From contig NIVC01001976.1 of NCBI GenBank assembly GCA_002269645.1, forward strand, positions 124,001 to 188,000: 64,000 nt of DNA, read 5' to 3'. The notes beneath the pieces were generated by a model. It saw only the letters and a program-made list of their open reading frames with translations, was not told the DNA's origin and did no database searches. The position numbers were made by a program, and so were the translations under genes. Position 1 is the first letter of the stretch; the number at the start of each line of letters is the position of its first letter. Below are positions 51,287-63,250 of the stretch, piece by piece. Source of the stretch: Macrostomum lignano (lineage: Eukaryota).

Positions 51287-52482
51287 TGTAACCACGTTTT
51301 GATCGCGGGGTCATGTCAGGAAATTTTCGAAATGTCCCCGATCCCCTTTGACCCACTGGGCAGAGCTGTCGAGACTGGACCGGGTGCCTGACCAGGCGCA
51401 ATGACTCCCGCTCTGTAGCGACCCCCTGCTGTCTCTGTTCCGTCTCCCACTCAGACACACTTGCCCTTCCGGAGCCCCCTGTTTGTGCACCTCGTCTGCC
51501 TCCCCATTTCTCATGCGCCACACCCCATGCATCATGTACTTCTCATGTTTCCCATCTTTTTGTCAACGTTATAGCACGGTTTTCTTGCGCTGTCCCTTCT
51601 TCATCCCGTGCCTACTTAGAGTATTGCTTGTGCTCCTCGTCACCCTATCTCCTTTTAGAATCCCAAATGGTGACGCAAGGCTCGTGATCCCTCCTTCACC
51701 CCGATGACTCGATCATCACCCTCCTCTTTCGCAGCCTTTTCTCATGCTACGAGTATTATTCTCTTATCAAAATTTCTCATGCGACACCCACCCCTCCTCC
51801 GCCTCTATTATTCTCTTTTACTATTTTTTGTTCTCCTTTGTGCACATAATTATCACATTTTTCCAGATTTTCTCGTTTTTTTGTTCTCGTTTTCGCACCC
51901 AATTGGCATCCCTCTCTCGATTTTTGCTCTGCTATTGTTCTCGGTTCTCCCCAATTATCCCCGTTTTCCATTTCCTTTGATCTCGTTCTGGATCCCATTG
52001 TTCTTATTTGCTTACGCAACACTTCTTCGGCTCCCCGCTGTGCTCATTTTCCCCCACCCCTCCTCCAAATTGCGCAATTCTCCCATTTCTCATGTTGCTA
52101 TGCCGTTGTCATACTTCTCATCATGACTCATTGACGCCATTTTCCCGGCAGCCAATCAGAGAGAGGGAGTCTTGGAAACGAGCTTGGAGCGGCCGCTGTG
52201 AGGACTATTTAAAGAAGTGATTTTCGGCTTGATAGCCTCCAGAAGTCTTTCTTTCCTTCCTTCGGATGGTTGCCTTTGGCCTTTGCTACGGCTAACGCCT
52301 AGGGCTTGTACCTTCGGTCCTACCTTTGGACTCGTTTCGTCTATAAGACGAACCTATGCCTGCCCGCGGTCCAGCATGCTCAGCATCACCTGAGCTTCAT
52401 CAGCGCCTCGTCGCTTCAGCGCATCGCCACTTCACTACCTGCCTGTCTGCAGTCAACAGCCGCCCTCGGTCACTCCATCGCC

Positions 52483-52524
<42 letters not shown>

Positions 52525-53213
52525 AGCTGCCGGTGAGTTCCTGTACTGATACTCTAATCGACCTTGCTTATCCGGGGTTTGCTTATTTCCCATTGCTTGA
52601 TTAGAGAACTGAGCCATTTGTGTACCGTACTTTGCTGCATTTTACTCAATAGTGAAGCCGCCGAATCGCCTGCTTATTTCGCCTAAGGGCCTAATTATTA
52701 AAAATTACTAAACTCCTCCTTATTCACTCTTTCACCACCATTTCACTCATGAGTTGCTGAGCCTTTCTCCCTGGGTGACAAAGCATAAGGAAGTTTGGGT
52801 AAGCTAATGGCCTCTCCCTGTGCAAACCCCGCCTGTGAGTGCGTGCTGCGGGTCCGTGTGTGCGTGCAGTAGAGGGAATTAGCGAGTTGTGGCACAGAAT
52901 GGCAGCAGGAAGGTTGCAACCCCATGCTGACGCGTCCCTTCGCCCTGAGCAATCTGAACTTTAGCTAGCACATGTTCACCTCACACTACTCTTAGTAATT
53001 GAAGCCGCAAGTCCGCCTCATTCACAGCCACAAAGGATCCCCTGCTGAGAAATCCTCCAGGTTGATCCCAGAATACCCGATTGTGCCCAAAGCAGAGTCC
53101 TTTTTGGGCGGGACAGTCTGGAGCTGGAGGTCCTTCAGGTAATTGCCCGGTCATAGGCAGCCTACGGTCATTGCTCCTCCCTGCGAAGCGGACGGCCATC
53201 AAGGGCGGTTACA
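51287..53213. mobile_element. Putative long solo LTR or TIR element (about 1.9 kb)
   Basis: Inverted termini TGTAACC...GGTTACA (extendable to TTGATGTAACC); a degenerate 24-bp monomer resumes after it; internal (CT)n; no TSD found. Confidence 0.4.
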
Positions 53214-53379
53214 TCAAATTGCAATAATTCTTGGCTTAGCAAGTGCTACGTGGCAAAATGGCGAGCACAGTAAAGAAGAGGAGAAAAAGATGGGCATCAG
53301 TTTGCTCAGGTGCAGTCCACGGCAGACCGCAGCCGGTTTGATATTTTTAAATCATCAAGAATCATCATCCAACTATACT

Positions 53380-53830
53380 AATTGTCTAATCCAACTATAC
53401 TAAACGTCTAAGATCTGTTTATCTGTCTGTCTGTCTGTCTGTCCATCTGAAACGCTCTAGAGATTGAACCGATTGACGAATTTTGATCGCGTTTTCGCTA
53501 AAAGATCTGGAAAGAAGAAAGTTAAAATTTCTTTAATCTGCTTCAATGCTAAAGGAATTAAATATTCGAAAAATGGTTTTAAATGGCGTTTTCAATGTAT
53601 TTTTTATCAACCTGCTTGCAGCGAGAGAATTCACAGCCAATTTAAATGATTGCGCCAGAGCCAACTGATAAGAAAACTCACTGGGCCCCACTGCCGAGAT
53701 AATTACTCTATTTAAATTGCGCAACCATACCAGGGGTCAAAAAAATACTCTGGATGCTGGCAGACAGCTCTTATACGTCTAAGATCTGTTTTTCTGTAAC
53801 GCTCTTTTACTGGGGCTACGCTAAGCTTCT
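53380..53830 (+). mobile_element. Possible non-autonomous Helitron-like element
   Basis: ctatacta start, (TCTG)n, gaaccgatt and a CTAG end resemble invertebrate non-autonomous Helitrons; pattern match only. Confidence 0.35.
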
Positions 53831-54806
53831 AGAGCAATGCTAATCGGTTTTAAGTGCTAATTTGCAAAGGGTATTGCTAATCTGGGTGAGCAGCGCGAAT
53901 CGGGGAGAGCAGTGCTAATCTGACGCATATAATAATTAGTAATAAATATGTAAGAAGATTGCAAATCAAATTTCAACTGCAAGTTGCAAACATTTCAAAT
54001 GGTTTCAATTATTGAGAAGCATCGAGATTAGTGGCCATCTGCTCACTGATTGTGCAAAACAGTGCTGGTGAGCCATCATTGCTAAACTGCTGGTGAACCA
54101 TTGCTAAACTGCAGAATATTCTGCAAAACTAAGGCCGTTCAATTCTGGGCAAGTTTGCTGAGGACACTGAGGAGAACTGCAGATTGTCGAAAGGATCATT
54201 CAGTCTGCAGAGGGGACAAGCTGTAAACAGTTTCTCAAGACTTATGAGCGTCGTATAGCTGCAAACTGCTGAGTGGATAACTGCGGACTGATTGGGGGGC
54301 AGACTTCTGAGGATAATAACTATATACAGAGTTTTGAGCGGATAATAACTTTTGAGGATTAATTGCCAGTTGTTGGAGGAATTACTGCGGACTGCTGAGT
54401 GAATTATTTTTGCTAGCTGAGGGGACAATTCTAGCCCTAATTTTAATGCTGAGGTATTAAATGCTTAAGTTGATAAAAGTTGTATTGACTGCAAAGTGGA
54501 TAAATGGAGGCTGCTAAGAGATAACTGCAGTCTGTTTTGCGGGATTAGATGAAGGGATCATTTCAGGTTGTTGTGGTGATAACTGCCGATTTCTGAGGGT
54601 TAACTTCAAACTGCTGAACTTACTAAACCTCTTGAAATGCTAAACTTCTTAAATAGCAAATGGTTTATTTCGACCATCTGTCAATAGGCACAATAACCGC
54701 AGTAGGCAGGTAGTAACAGGCATAGACTGAAGTTGGCGGTTCGAGTCTGCATTGGAGCAAAGAATTTATCTTTGTGACCTGTGACAATAATGATTGTCAC
54801 AGGTCA

Positions 54807-55461
54807 GTGCTGAACCATTGCTAAACTGCTGGTAAACCATTGCTAAACTGCTGGTAAACAAATTGCTAAAGTGGTGATGAACCATTGCTAAACTGCTGGT
54901 GAACCATTGCTAAACTGCTGGTGAACCATTGCTAAACTGCTGGTGAACCATTGCTAAACTGCTGGTGAAGCATTGCTAAACTGCTGGTAAACCATTGCTA
55001 AACTGCTGGTGAACCATTGCTAAACTGCTGGTGAACCATTGCTAAACTGCTGGTGAACCATTGCTAAACTGGTGGTGAGCCATTGCTAAACTGGTGGTGA
55101 GCCATTGCTAAACTGCTGGTAAACCATTGCTAAACTGCTGGTGAACCATTGCTAAACTGCTGGTGAACCATTGCTAAACTGGTGGTGAACCATTGCTAAA
55201 CTGGTGGTGAGCCATTGCTAAACTGGTGGTGAGCCATTGCTAAACTGGTGGTGAACCATTGCTAAACTGGTGGTGAACCATTGCTAAACTGCTGGTGAAC
55301 CATTGCTAAACTGCTGGTGAAGCATTGCTAAACTGCTGGTAAACCATTGCTAAACTGCTGGTGAACCATTGCTAAACTGCTGGTGAACCATTGCTAAACT
55401 GCTGGTGAACCATTGCTAACCTGCTGGTAAACAAATTGCTAAAGTGGTGATGAACCATTCC
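54807..55461. repeat. 22-bp minisatellite AACCATTGCTAAACTGCTGGTG, about 29 copies
   Basis: Direct reading. Confidence 0.95.
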
Positions 55462-55579
55462 ATTGTTTAAGAAAGGCTACCTTTAAAGAGAAGAAAACTC
55501 AGCGAAAAAATAGCGAAAAAAATCACCATGTTAAACATAACAGAAGCGCTCTGTCGAACATAAAAGACTCATTGGGATT

Positions 55580-57130
55580 TGCTAAGATGTCAAGGCTCAT
55601 GATAGACATTCTGAGATGTCGTGTCAAGGCTCAGGGGGAATTGCTATAATGATGTGATTCTGGGGAGAATTGCTATGATTTCAAGGTTCATTTGGGAAAT
55701 CGCTGAGGTATCAAGGCTCAATAAAAATGCTTTGCTGTCAAGGATCATGGAGATAACTACAAGCACTAAAATGCTGCGACTGTTGGAGGAATTGCCGACA
55801 TTGTTAGGGAAAGAGTAAGACGTAAATCATAAATGAATTGGCTTGTCAAACATAAAAGACTCATTGGGGAGTTGCTAGAATGTCAAGGCTCATGGGGAAT
55901 ATCTGAATTATAATGTGGCTCAATGCTCAAGGGGAAATGTTGTGATTGCAACACATGGGGATATTTCCGATATTTTGTGGCTTAAATAGGAGTTGCTGAG
56001 ATATCAAGGCTCATTATGGAATCACTGAGATTTCAGAGCTCACGGGGGATTCCTGTAATGCTGTAGGCTGTGACTCTTGGGTATTGCTGAGATGCTAAGG
56101 TTCACAGGGGAATGGCTGAAATTTCAAATGCTCCTAAAGGGAATAGCTGAAATTCACGAAATTTCAAGGTTAATTGGGTATACGCTCAGGCTCAAGGCTC
56201 ACGGGGGATATTGCTATTAGTACCCGGCCCGGAAGGAACCCAGAGAAACAGAGGAACACCGAGGTTGGCGAGAACACGGAGGCGAAGCAACGGCCTCCCA
56301 CAAGACTCGAATGCTTGTATATTTGGTGACGAACACGGCATTAACAGCCGAATAAAAACCGAAGAAAAAATTTTTTTTTTAAATCGACCAAGGTTAGCGA
56401 GAGCGAGAACGCAGGAGCTCCTGAGAAAACGGGGCAATAAAAACCCTCAGCAGGCGGAGGGGGGAGGGCCGCTGCACAAAGGAGGGTAGAGACACACAAC
56501 GTACAACCCCCCCCCCCACGCCAACCCCGCGCACGCACAAAGGCCCAAAACCAACCCCCCCGGGGGTACTAAAGCTGGTCTGCTCAAAGGCACGCCTCAG
56601 AGCAAACCAAGGCAACATTCCAAGACTCACTTATGGGTTAGGGTTAGGGGCTTCGGGTCAGTTTTGGTTCAATCATAGAATAACCGCTCAACCATCAATT
56701 AGACTTACTAAGATGGGAATTGCTAAGATTTCAAGGCTCATGGGGGGAATCGCTGGGTTGACAAGGCTCATGAAGAAATTGCTGAGTTATCAAGGCTCAT
56801 ATGGGGATTGCTGAATTGGGGAGAGGGGAGTTGAGTTGTTGGGATGTCAAGGCTTACTGAGCTGGAAGAATTGAGTTGATGTCAATGATCGAGTTTAATT
56901 GCTGCGATGTCGATGCTTACTGAGGGAATTGCTGAGATTTCAAGGCTTACTGGGGTAATTGCTGAGATTTCAAGGCTTATTGGGGGAATTACTGAGATGT
57001 CAAGGCTCGAGTTTAATTGCTGCAATGTCGATGCTTAATAAGGGAATTTCTGAGATGTCAAAGCCTACTGGGGAAATTGTTGAGATGTCAAGGCTCATGG
57101 GGGATGGCTGAATTGTTGGGGAGGGGGGGT
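55580..57130. repeat. Degenerate about 30-bp repeat (TCAAGGCTCATGGGGGAATTGCTGAGAT core), interrupted at about 56217-56710
   Basis: Recurrent tcaaggctca and gctgagat motifs. Confidence 0.6.
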
Positions 57131-58037
57131 TAGGTTGTTGAGCGATTGTCAGATCGTCAAGTAGTACGGCTCAAGTAGCTCATTTAATTCAGATAATGAA
57201 ATAGTACACACAAGTGATTCTGAATTCTGCTGATAGGAAATACCAGCGTGTTTATTAAAGGTTTGATTCTTTGAGTTAGGCTAATAAAGAGGGGGTCAAA
57301 GGCCGTCAGGGATTGACATATTGAGCTCCTGTTACGGACCAGAATATGCCCAGGCCAATGACGATATGCTCTAAGATTTTGTGCTTGAAAGGATAAGCAC
57401 TATTTGCTGATTGAAAAAGGGTTTTGGGCTGATGAAGGAAACTATTTTGCTGGTAAAAGTTTTGATTCATAGCAATTTATTTTTTTTCAAAATGAGAAAA
57501 ATTAATTTTTGATTAATGGAAATGAAAATTAATGGTTACTGTTGGGCCAAAACAAAAACCACTTGGTGTCATTTTAAAGCCCCTCAGCGGGGAGCTAAAT
57601 GGCTAGTCCATCCAATATACTAAAACTAAAGTCTCAAATCTCCGGCCCAGCAAGCGAGCTTCTCCTTCAATCTGCGGAATTCACTCGCTCTTGGCTCGAC
57701 TCTCTTTCTCATTGATACTTCTACCTTAAAGAGCGTTGGAAATTGATGAAGCTGCAGATGAAGATTAATTTTTAAATCAATCAAGAAATATGTGGCGCAA
57801 AAAACATTGTAAATCCTCACTGCTGTGAGAACCCTGGCTTTCCTTTCCGCATTTCAGAAGCCCAGAGGCCCGGCAGGCAGCCGCTCACGGCTTGGATTCG
57901 GGCCTCCATCGGTGAGTCTGACGGTTCGGCTTTCTGCCGCATTGCGCCTTCCAACAGGCTGGCAGCTTGGGGCAGAAATTGCAGCGAAACTCAGCAGGGT
58001 TGAGATTGGGTTGGACTGAGTGCTGCAGCAGCTGCAC

Positions 58038-58495
58038 CCAACAGGGACCGGGTGCCCCAGTCCATCGGGGGCACGGTCATGGACACTGCCTTGTCGTGGC
58101 GACCCGGCTTAATCCTGTTGTCGGCCCAAGCCGGTTGCCGGCGGCAGGAGAACCAAAGTGTCCTCCACCCTTCGGCTGTCGACAGGGACACAGCGGCTGA
58201 CTGCGTCCCTGCCGCCCTGCTGGCAGGCAGGCGCTCCGACTCGGCTGGGAGTGCGACCGACCAGGCGCCGAAGCCAGTGTCGGCCGGTCCAGCACTCGCC
58301 CCATGCGAGGCTGCGTCTGGTCCCCTGGCTGGCTCGTCTGGGATGACGTTGGCGTTGACTGGCTCCGGTGGGAGGATAACATGCCATGCTCCCGCGCTGG
58401 CAGCAACCACCCTACCGGAGTCCAGGATGATGCGCGGCTTGTCCCCTCCCTGCCCGGCGCTCGGAGGCGCTTCCTGACAGGCTATCCCCAACATC

Positions 58496-58552
<57 letters not shown>

Positions 58553-58572
58553 AACAACAACAATAACAACAA
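58038..58572 (+). mobile_element. 5'-truncated LINE 3' end with a (CAA)n tail
   Basis: 13-bp TSD GCAGCAGCTGCAC (58025-58037 and 58573-58585); (CAA)n at about 58488-58572; degenerate zinc-knuckle CRRQENQSVLH..GC. Confidence 0.85.
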
Positions 58573-58710
58573 GCAGCAGCTGCACTCTCAGCTCTCCTGC
58601 TTGAGATGCCAGTCTGAGTGCTGCAGCAGCTGCACTCTCAGCTCTCCTGCTTGTTCTGTCCAACTCTAAGCATTAAGCAAGTCACCCACACGCATCTCGG
58701 ATCATTCCAG

Positions 58711-59075
58711 GCTCTCAGACGACTCCCAGCAAGACAGGCGCTTGAGCTTTGAGCTGCATCAACTGCTCAGCAATGCGGGATTCACCGAGCAGAGAGCAAA
58801 GCGTCAGCAGATGCTGGCTGACTGGCTGCAACATGTCGCTCAAGTCCTCACACAGGATCGCAGGCAGATGACGGGCAGCTACGCAGAGGGCTGGGCCAAC
58901 AGTCTGGTGCAAGTGAACGGCAGGACAGCTGCAGACTCGGACATTGACTGGACTGTGCTGGTTGCTGGGCAAGAGTTCCATTTGGAGGGTGGCTGCTATA
59001 AATTGTATGGTTCCTGCCAAAACGCCACTCGGCTGCAGGTCACGGAGGGCCACGCTCAGGTGGCAGTGGGAGCAG
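58711..59075 (+). CDS. ANK-cGLR copy 3, exon 2 (NTase GS/DxD)
   Basis: tcattccag|G acceptor; MTGSYAEGWANS...DSDIDW; GCAG|gtgagt donor; 365 nt (one extra codon). Confidence 0.88.
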
Positions 59076-59786
59076 GTGAGTGAGGCTGGGTTCATCATCA
59101 GAATGCTGAGATCCGCATGCAACTGGAAGCCCATTAACTTTGCTCAATTTTAAATTCGCAACCGAGTGGCGCCCAGCCTCCAGCAGCTTCTGTGACTGCG
59201 AATGTCGGCTTGGGTGCTGAAACAAGCGGCAGGCGAAATTGAAAAGAAAACTCTGATGCCAACTGGCTGAGCCGGGCCATTGGGTTTTGAATTCACAGGC
59301 TCCGATTGCAGCAGAGTGGGTGCAGCGGTGCTTGGGTGACTCACGGTAGGCGGCAGGGCTCTGCTGAGGTGCTGCTGCTCTCACTTGAAAAATTTCAAAC
59401 AAAATAAACCGAAGCCGCCCTGACTGCCTGATTGGTGCCTTGCTGCTCGCACTGAGTCCTGATGATGCTTGAGCAGCTGTGCTCAGCTGCAACCTGATGA
59501 AGCAAGAGCAGCTGAGGGCAAACTCAGTGGGTGCAGAGGTTTTTATTCGGCTCTTCAGAGGGCGCCAAAATTTTGTGGCGTCTCATCAAGCAGCCAAAAA
59601 TCTATTGAATACCAGCTAAAGATTTAAAGGCTAACATACAATAACATATGTACAATAGCATGTGTATATTCAGCTAGTGTATAAATACGAGGCAAATAAA
59701 TCGTAAGTAGCAAACAGGTGCGCTCCCTCGCAACTGATGACACAACTTTATGTATCTATAATTTCTGTGCAAACGATTGCGGCGCC

Positions 59787-61290
59787 AGTTCCTGACCGAC
59801 TTTCACGAGGGCATCGGCGGCCACTTCCAACTCCCGACGAAAATTCCCAAGGAGTCGACACTCACAGCCGGCTCAAGCGCTGGTGGTTGCTGCTGAGGGG
59901 GACCGAGCTGCGGACGCCGGCGCCACCGGAACTCCCTGCGCGACACCGCAGCACTAGCTGCCCGTGGTCGCCAGGAGTTAGCGAAATGGGCGACAACGCC
60001 TTCTCGCTGTTTCCGGACGCACGGAGCCCCCTGCAGCTAAGTCAAGTGGTTGCTGCTGCAGGAGTTCACCTTCACCTTCAAGTGCTCAAAGGGCGTCGAC
60101 AAAGTGGAGGCAGGCGGCCTGTCGAGGATGCACGAGAGACGTTTTTTATCGTCAGCAACAGAGCTGCAGCCGCAGGTGTCCAACCGAGAGATACGGCAGG
60201 CGAAGCGGGCCGATCAGAAGCTCAAGCTGGTCATCGATGCACTGGAGAACGACAGCGCGACCCCGCCAAGTTGGTCCGACAGCGGACTGCGACACCTCAG
60301 CCGCATCTGGCGGAAGTTGCGGATTCAAGACGGCTTTCTCTGTCGCGCCTTTAACGATGCTGCGGGACAGAGGGAGGTGTCCGTGATTCCTGAGTCGAAG
60401 TTCCTGACCGACTTTCACGAGGGCATCGCGGCCACTTTGGACCGGAGAAAATGGCCGACACGCTGAAGCAGACCGCGTACTGGCCTGGGCTGCAGAGCGA
60501 CGCGGTGAGTTTCTGCCAGGAGTGCCAGACCTGCCAGCTGAAAAAGGCGCAGCACCGGCCAGCAGCCCCACTCGGTGAGATGCCGATCGGCAAGCCCTAG
60601 CAGACGGTGGCGATCGATGTTCTGAAGGTGCCGACATAAGACCGAGGCAACAGCTACCTGCTGGTGATGCAGGACCAGTTCTCCAAGTTCCTGACCGCCA
60701 TGCCGATGCCAGATCAGACCGCCAAGACCATCGCGGACGCTGCAGTGAAGGTCTTCTCCCTGCTCGGAGTCCCGTCTATCATCCACTCGGACCGGGGCGC
60801 GAACTTCGAGAGCGAGCTGTTCCAGGAGACGCTGCGAGCACTGGGCATCAGGAAGACGCGCAACACGCCGTACCATCCGCAGGGAAATGGACTGGTGGAG
60901 CGCGGTAACAAGTCGCTGCTGCAGCTGCTGAGGCTTTTCGCCGAGACCGAGTCCAGCTGGGAGGAGCAGCTGTCGCTGGCGGTCCTGTCCTACAACTCCA
61001 GGGTCCACAGCTCAACCAAGGTGGCACCGCTGACGGTGATGACCGGCTACGACTCGGCGCTCCCAACGAAGATGAGGAGCAGCATCAGCACCTACTTGGC
61101 ACTACTGGGGTGGCGGCTGGCCTGGATTCGCGAATTCGTCAAGGAGAACTTGGTAGCCGCAAGACAGCAGCAGAAGGCGGCTCACGACAAGAAGGCGTTA
61201 GATCTGTTGCAGTTTCTCCAAGGCGCCGAGGTGCTGCTCAGCATTGAAATGTGGCGCTCGAAGCTGGCGCCCTATGCGCAAGCGGTTTGA
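59787..61290 (+). mobile_element. Decayed gypsy pol fragment (RNase H end, integrase zinc finger and core) in intron 2 of copy 3
   Basis: RLKRWWLLL, YWPGLQSDAVSFCQECQTCQ, HSDRGANFES, TPYHPQGNGLVER; stops and frameshifts; no LTRs seen; a ~40-bp piece is duplicated (59787-59826 and 60399-60437). Confidence 0.85.
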
Positions 61291-61763
61291 AGCCCAGCCC
61301 GACTCTGACCAGCTCCGCCAGCAACCGGTGACCCACCAGGTCGTGCCGGAGCCCAGCCCAGGACTTTTTTTGCGTTTTCTCTTTTTATTGGGGGTAACAA
61401 AAGTACGAATAGTTACTTATCTAAACAGGTGTTAAGCGATCGAATAAATGGTCGAATGAATGACAGAGCTTTGAAACTACGCGCTTGTATTAAGTTTTCT
61501 TATCAAGTCTTTAAGTCCAATTCAATATTTTTCATGATTGCATGCCGGGTTGCTGCTTAAAAATATGAAAATTGGGTGGAAACTTCTACCTTTTGGCCTT
61601 TTAGGTTTGAAAGGAGAGTAAATTTAATTTAACTGTCGAATCATCAGAACTGTATAGCAGCTGAGAGAAAATATTGTTGTTTTAAATGATATTTCATTGG
61701 ATTCAAACCAACCCATCCTTTTCACTCGTCACAAAGCGACTCTCCGCTCACTGCGCCCTGCAG

Positions 61764-63250
61764 GCAGCCAACCTGCAGTGACAGCCACGGCGTGCGGTGT
61801 GCGGCCTGCACAGGACACGTGCTATGCCATTCGGTGCTGCAGAATTTTCTATGTGGACAGAATTAGAAAACAGACGGTAAACAGTGATGGGAAAATTCAC
61901 CTCGTTCGGGCGACCAGACCGAGCTCGACCAACGAGCTCAGAGTGAGCTTCAGCTTCCAAGAGAAACACATCATGAGACAGCTGAGCACAGTCCAGGGCC
62001 AGCTGTTCACACTCATCAAGTTCATCTTCAAGAGACACTTGCCGCTCACTCTGGACACACCTGGACTCAAGACCTACCATGCAAAGACTCTGCTCTTCAC
62101 AATGCTGGAGAAGCATGGCACAGATCCCGAAACTGAGGCTTGGCAGCCCCACAATCTGATCGCTCTGCTCAAGGAGTCTCTCGACATGATGCTGAGCTTC
62201 ATCGACTCGAGCAGCTCGCCCGATGAGTGCATGCCGCACTTCTTCATGCCCGACGCTCCGCTCTACTTCAAGAACGCTGGAATCGGCGGCGACTTCGACA
62301 ACACGAAGGCGAGGGTTCGAGACCGACTTTGTGAGCTAAGAAGCGACATCGGCGGAGTGGTCGAGCAGCTGAGGAGTCTCGTGAGACCTCTGCAGTCAGA
62401 GAATTTCTACTTTCACCCGTTCACTCTGCTGCCTCTGACAGCGCCGCCTGCTGTCACGAAGATCAGGAAAGGACGTGACTATCCAGCTAGGTACTACAAG
62501 TTCGCAGACGTGTACAGTGTGGTGCACCAGTGTGTGAGCGAGCTGCAGTCGGAATCGAGCGACAGAGACACCCTGATGAGGCAGCTCAGTCTCCTTCGTG
62601 AGCTGAAGTGGTGCAAGTGCGCCGCCCTGTGCATGACCGCCATGGCGCATTTGAAGTTCAAGGACGATAAGGAGGCTGGGAGACTCGCGATGAAGATGCG
62701 GGGACATCAAGTTGAGTCGGGGTTGAAGCCATTGGATATTCGAGATAAGGGTAGATACCAGTTTAGTGAGATAAAACTGCCGGAAGACTCAGACTGGGCG
62801 TGGAGGTTCTGCCTCCCCTGCGACTCTCCGCCTCGCTTCCCATTCCTTCCCGAGTTCACGCAGACTCTGTTCACAGCCAGACTGTCGCAGCCTCTCTCCT
62901 CCCACCTGTACGTGAACTTCCGCTGCCTGAGCTGGAGTCTCCAAGCTGAGCTGCTCCGCAATCGCGCACCTGCAATCGCATTCGATCATTGGATTGAACA
63001 GCTGCTTGGAGACCCGGACTTGGAGGAGCTGCTCACTCTGGCTCACTACAGCGACTGCCGCGAGCACGTTGAGCTCAGCCTGCAGCAGATGGAGATGATC
63101 GAGAAAGAGAGACGCGTCGCCATGGAGACGCAGGACGAGGAGAAGATCGGCTGGGTCAGGCGGAAGCTGGAGAGACTTGATGCAGCAGCCGGAGTCCTCA
63201 AAAACGAGCCGCAAAGTCGAGGTCGGAAAAGGAAGGCTGAATCAGACTGA
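61764..63250 (+). CDS. ANK-cGLR copy 3, exon 3 (catalytic Asp, Mab-21 C-lobe, helical tail); intact
   Basis: ccctgcag|GC phase-1 acceptor; QDTCYAIRC, SFSFQEKHIM, LKTYHAKTLLF; 1487 nt, same length as copy 1. Confidence 0.9.

Noticed and set aside
54700-54760. tRNA gene
   Set aside because: B-box-like and anticodon-loop-like motifs are present, but I could not fold an acceptor stem or D arm.
6871-55461. CRISPR-like appearance of the many 20-50 bp arrays
   Set aside because: Monomers abut with no unique spacers, there are no cas genes, and the context is eukaryotic.
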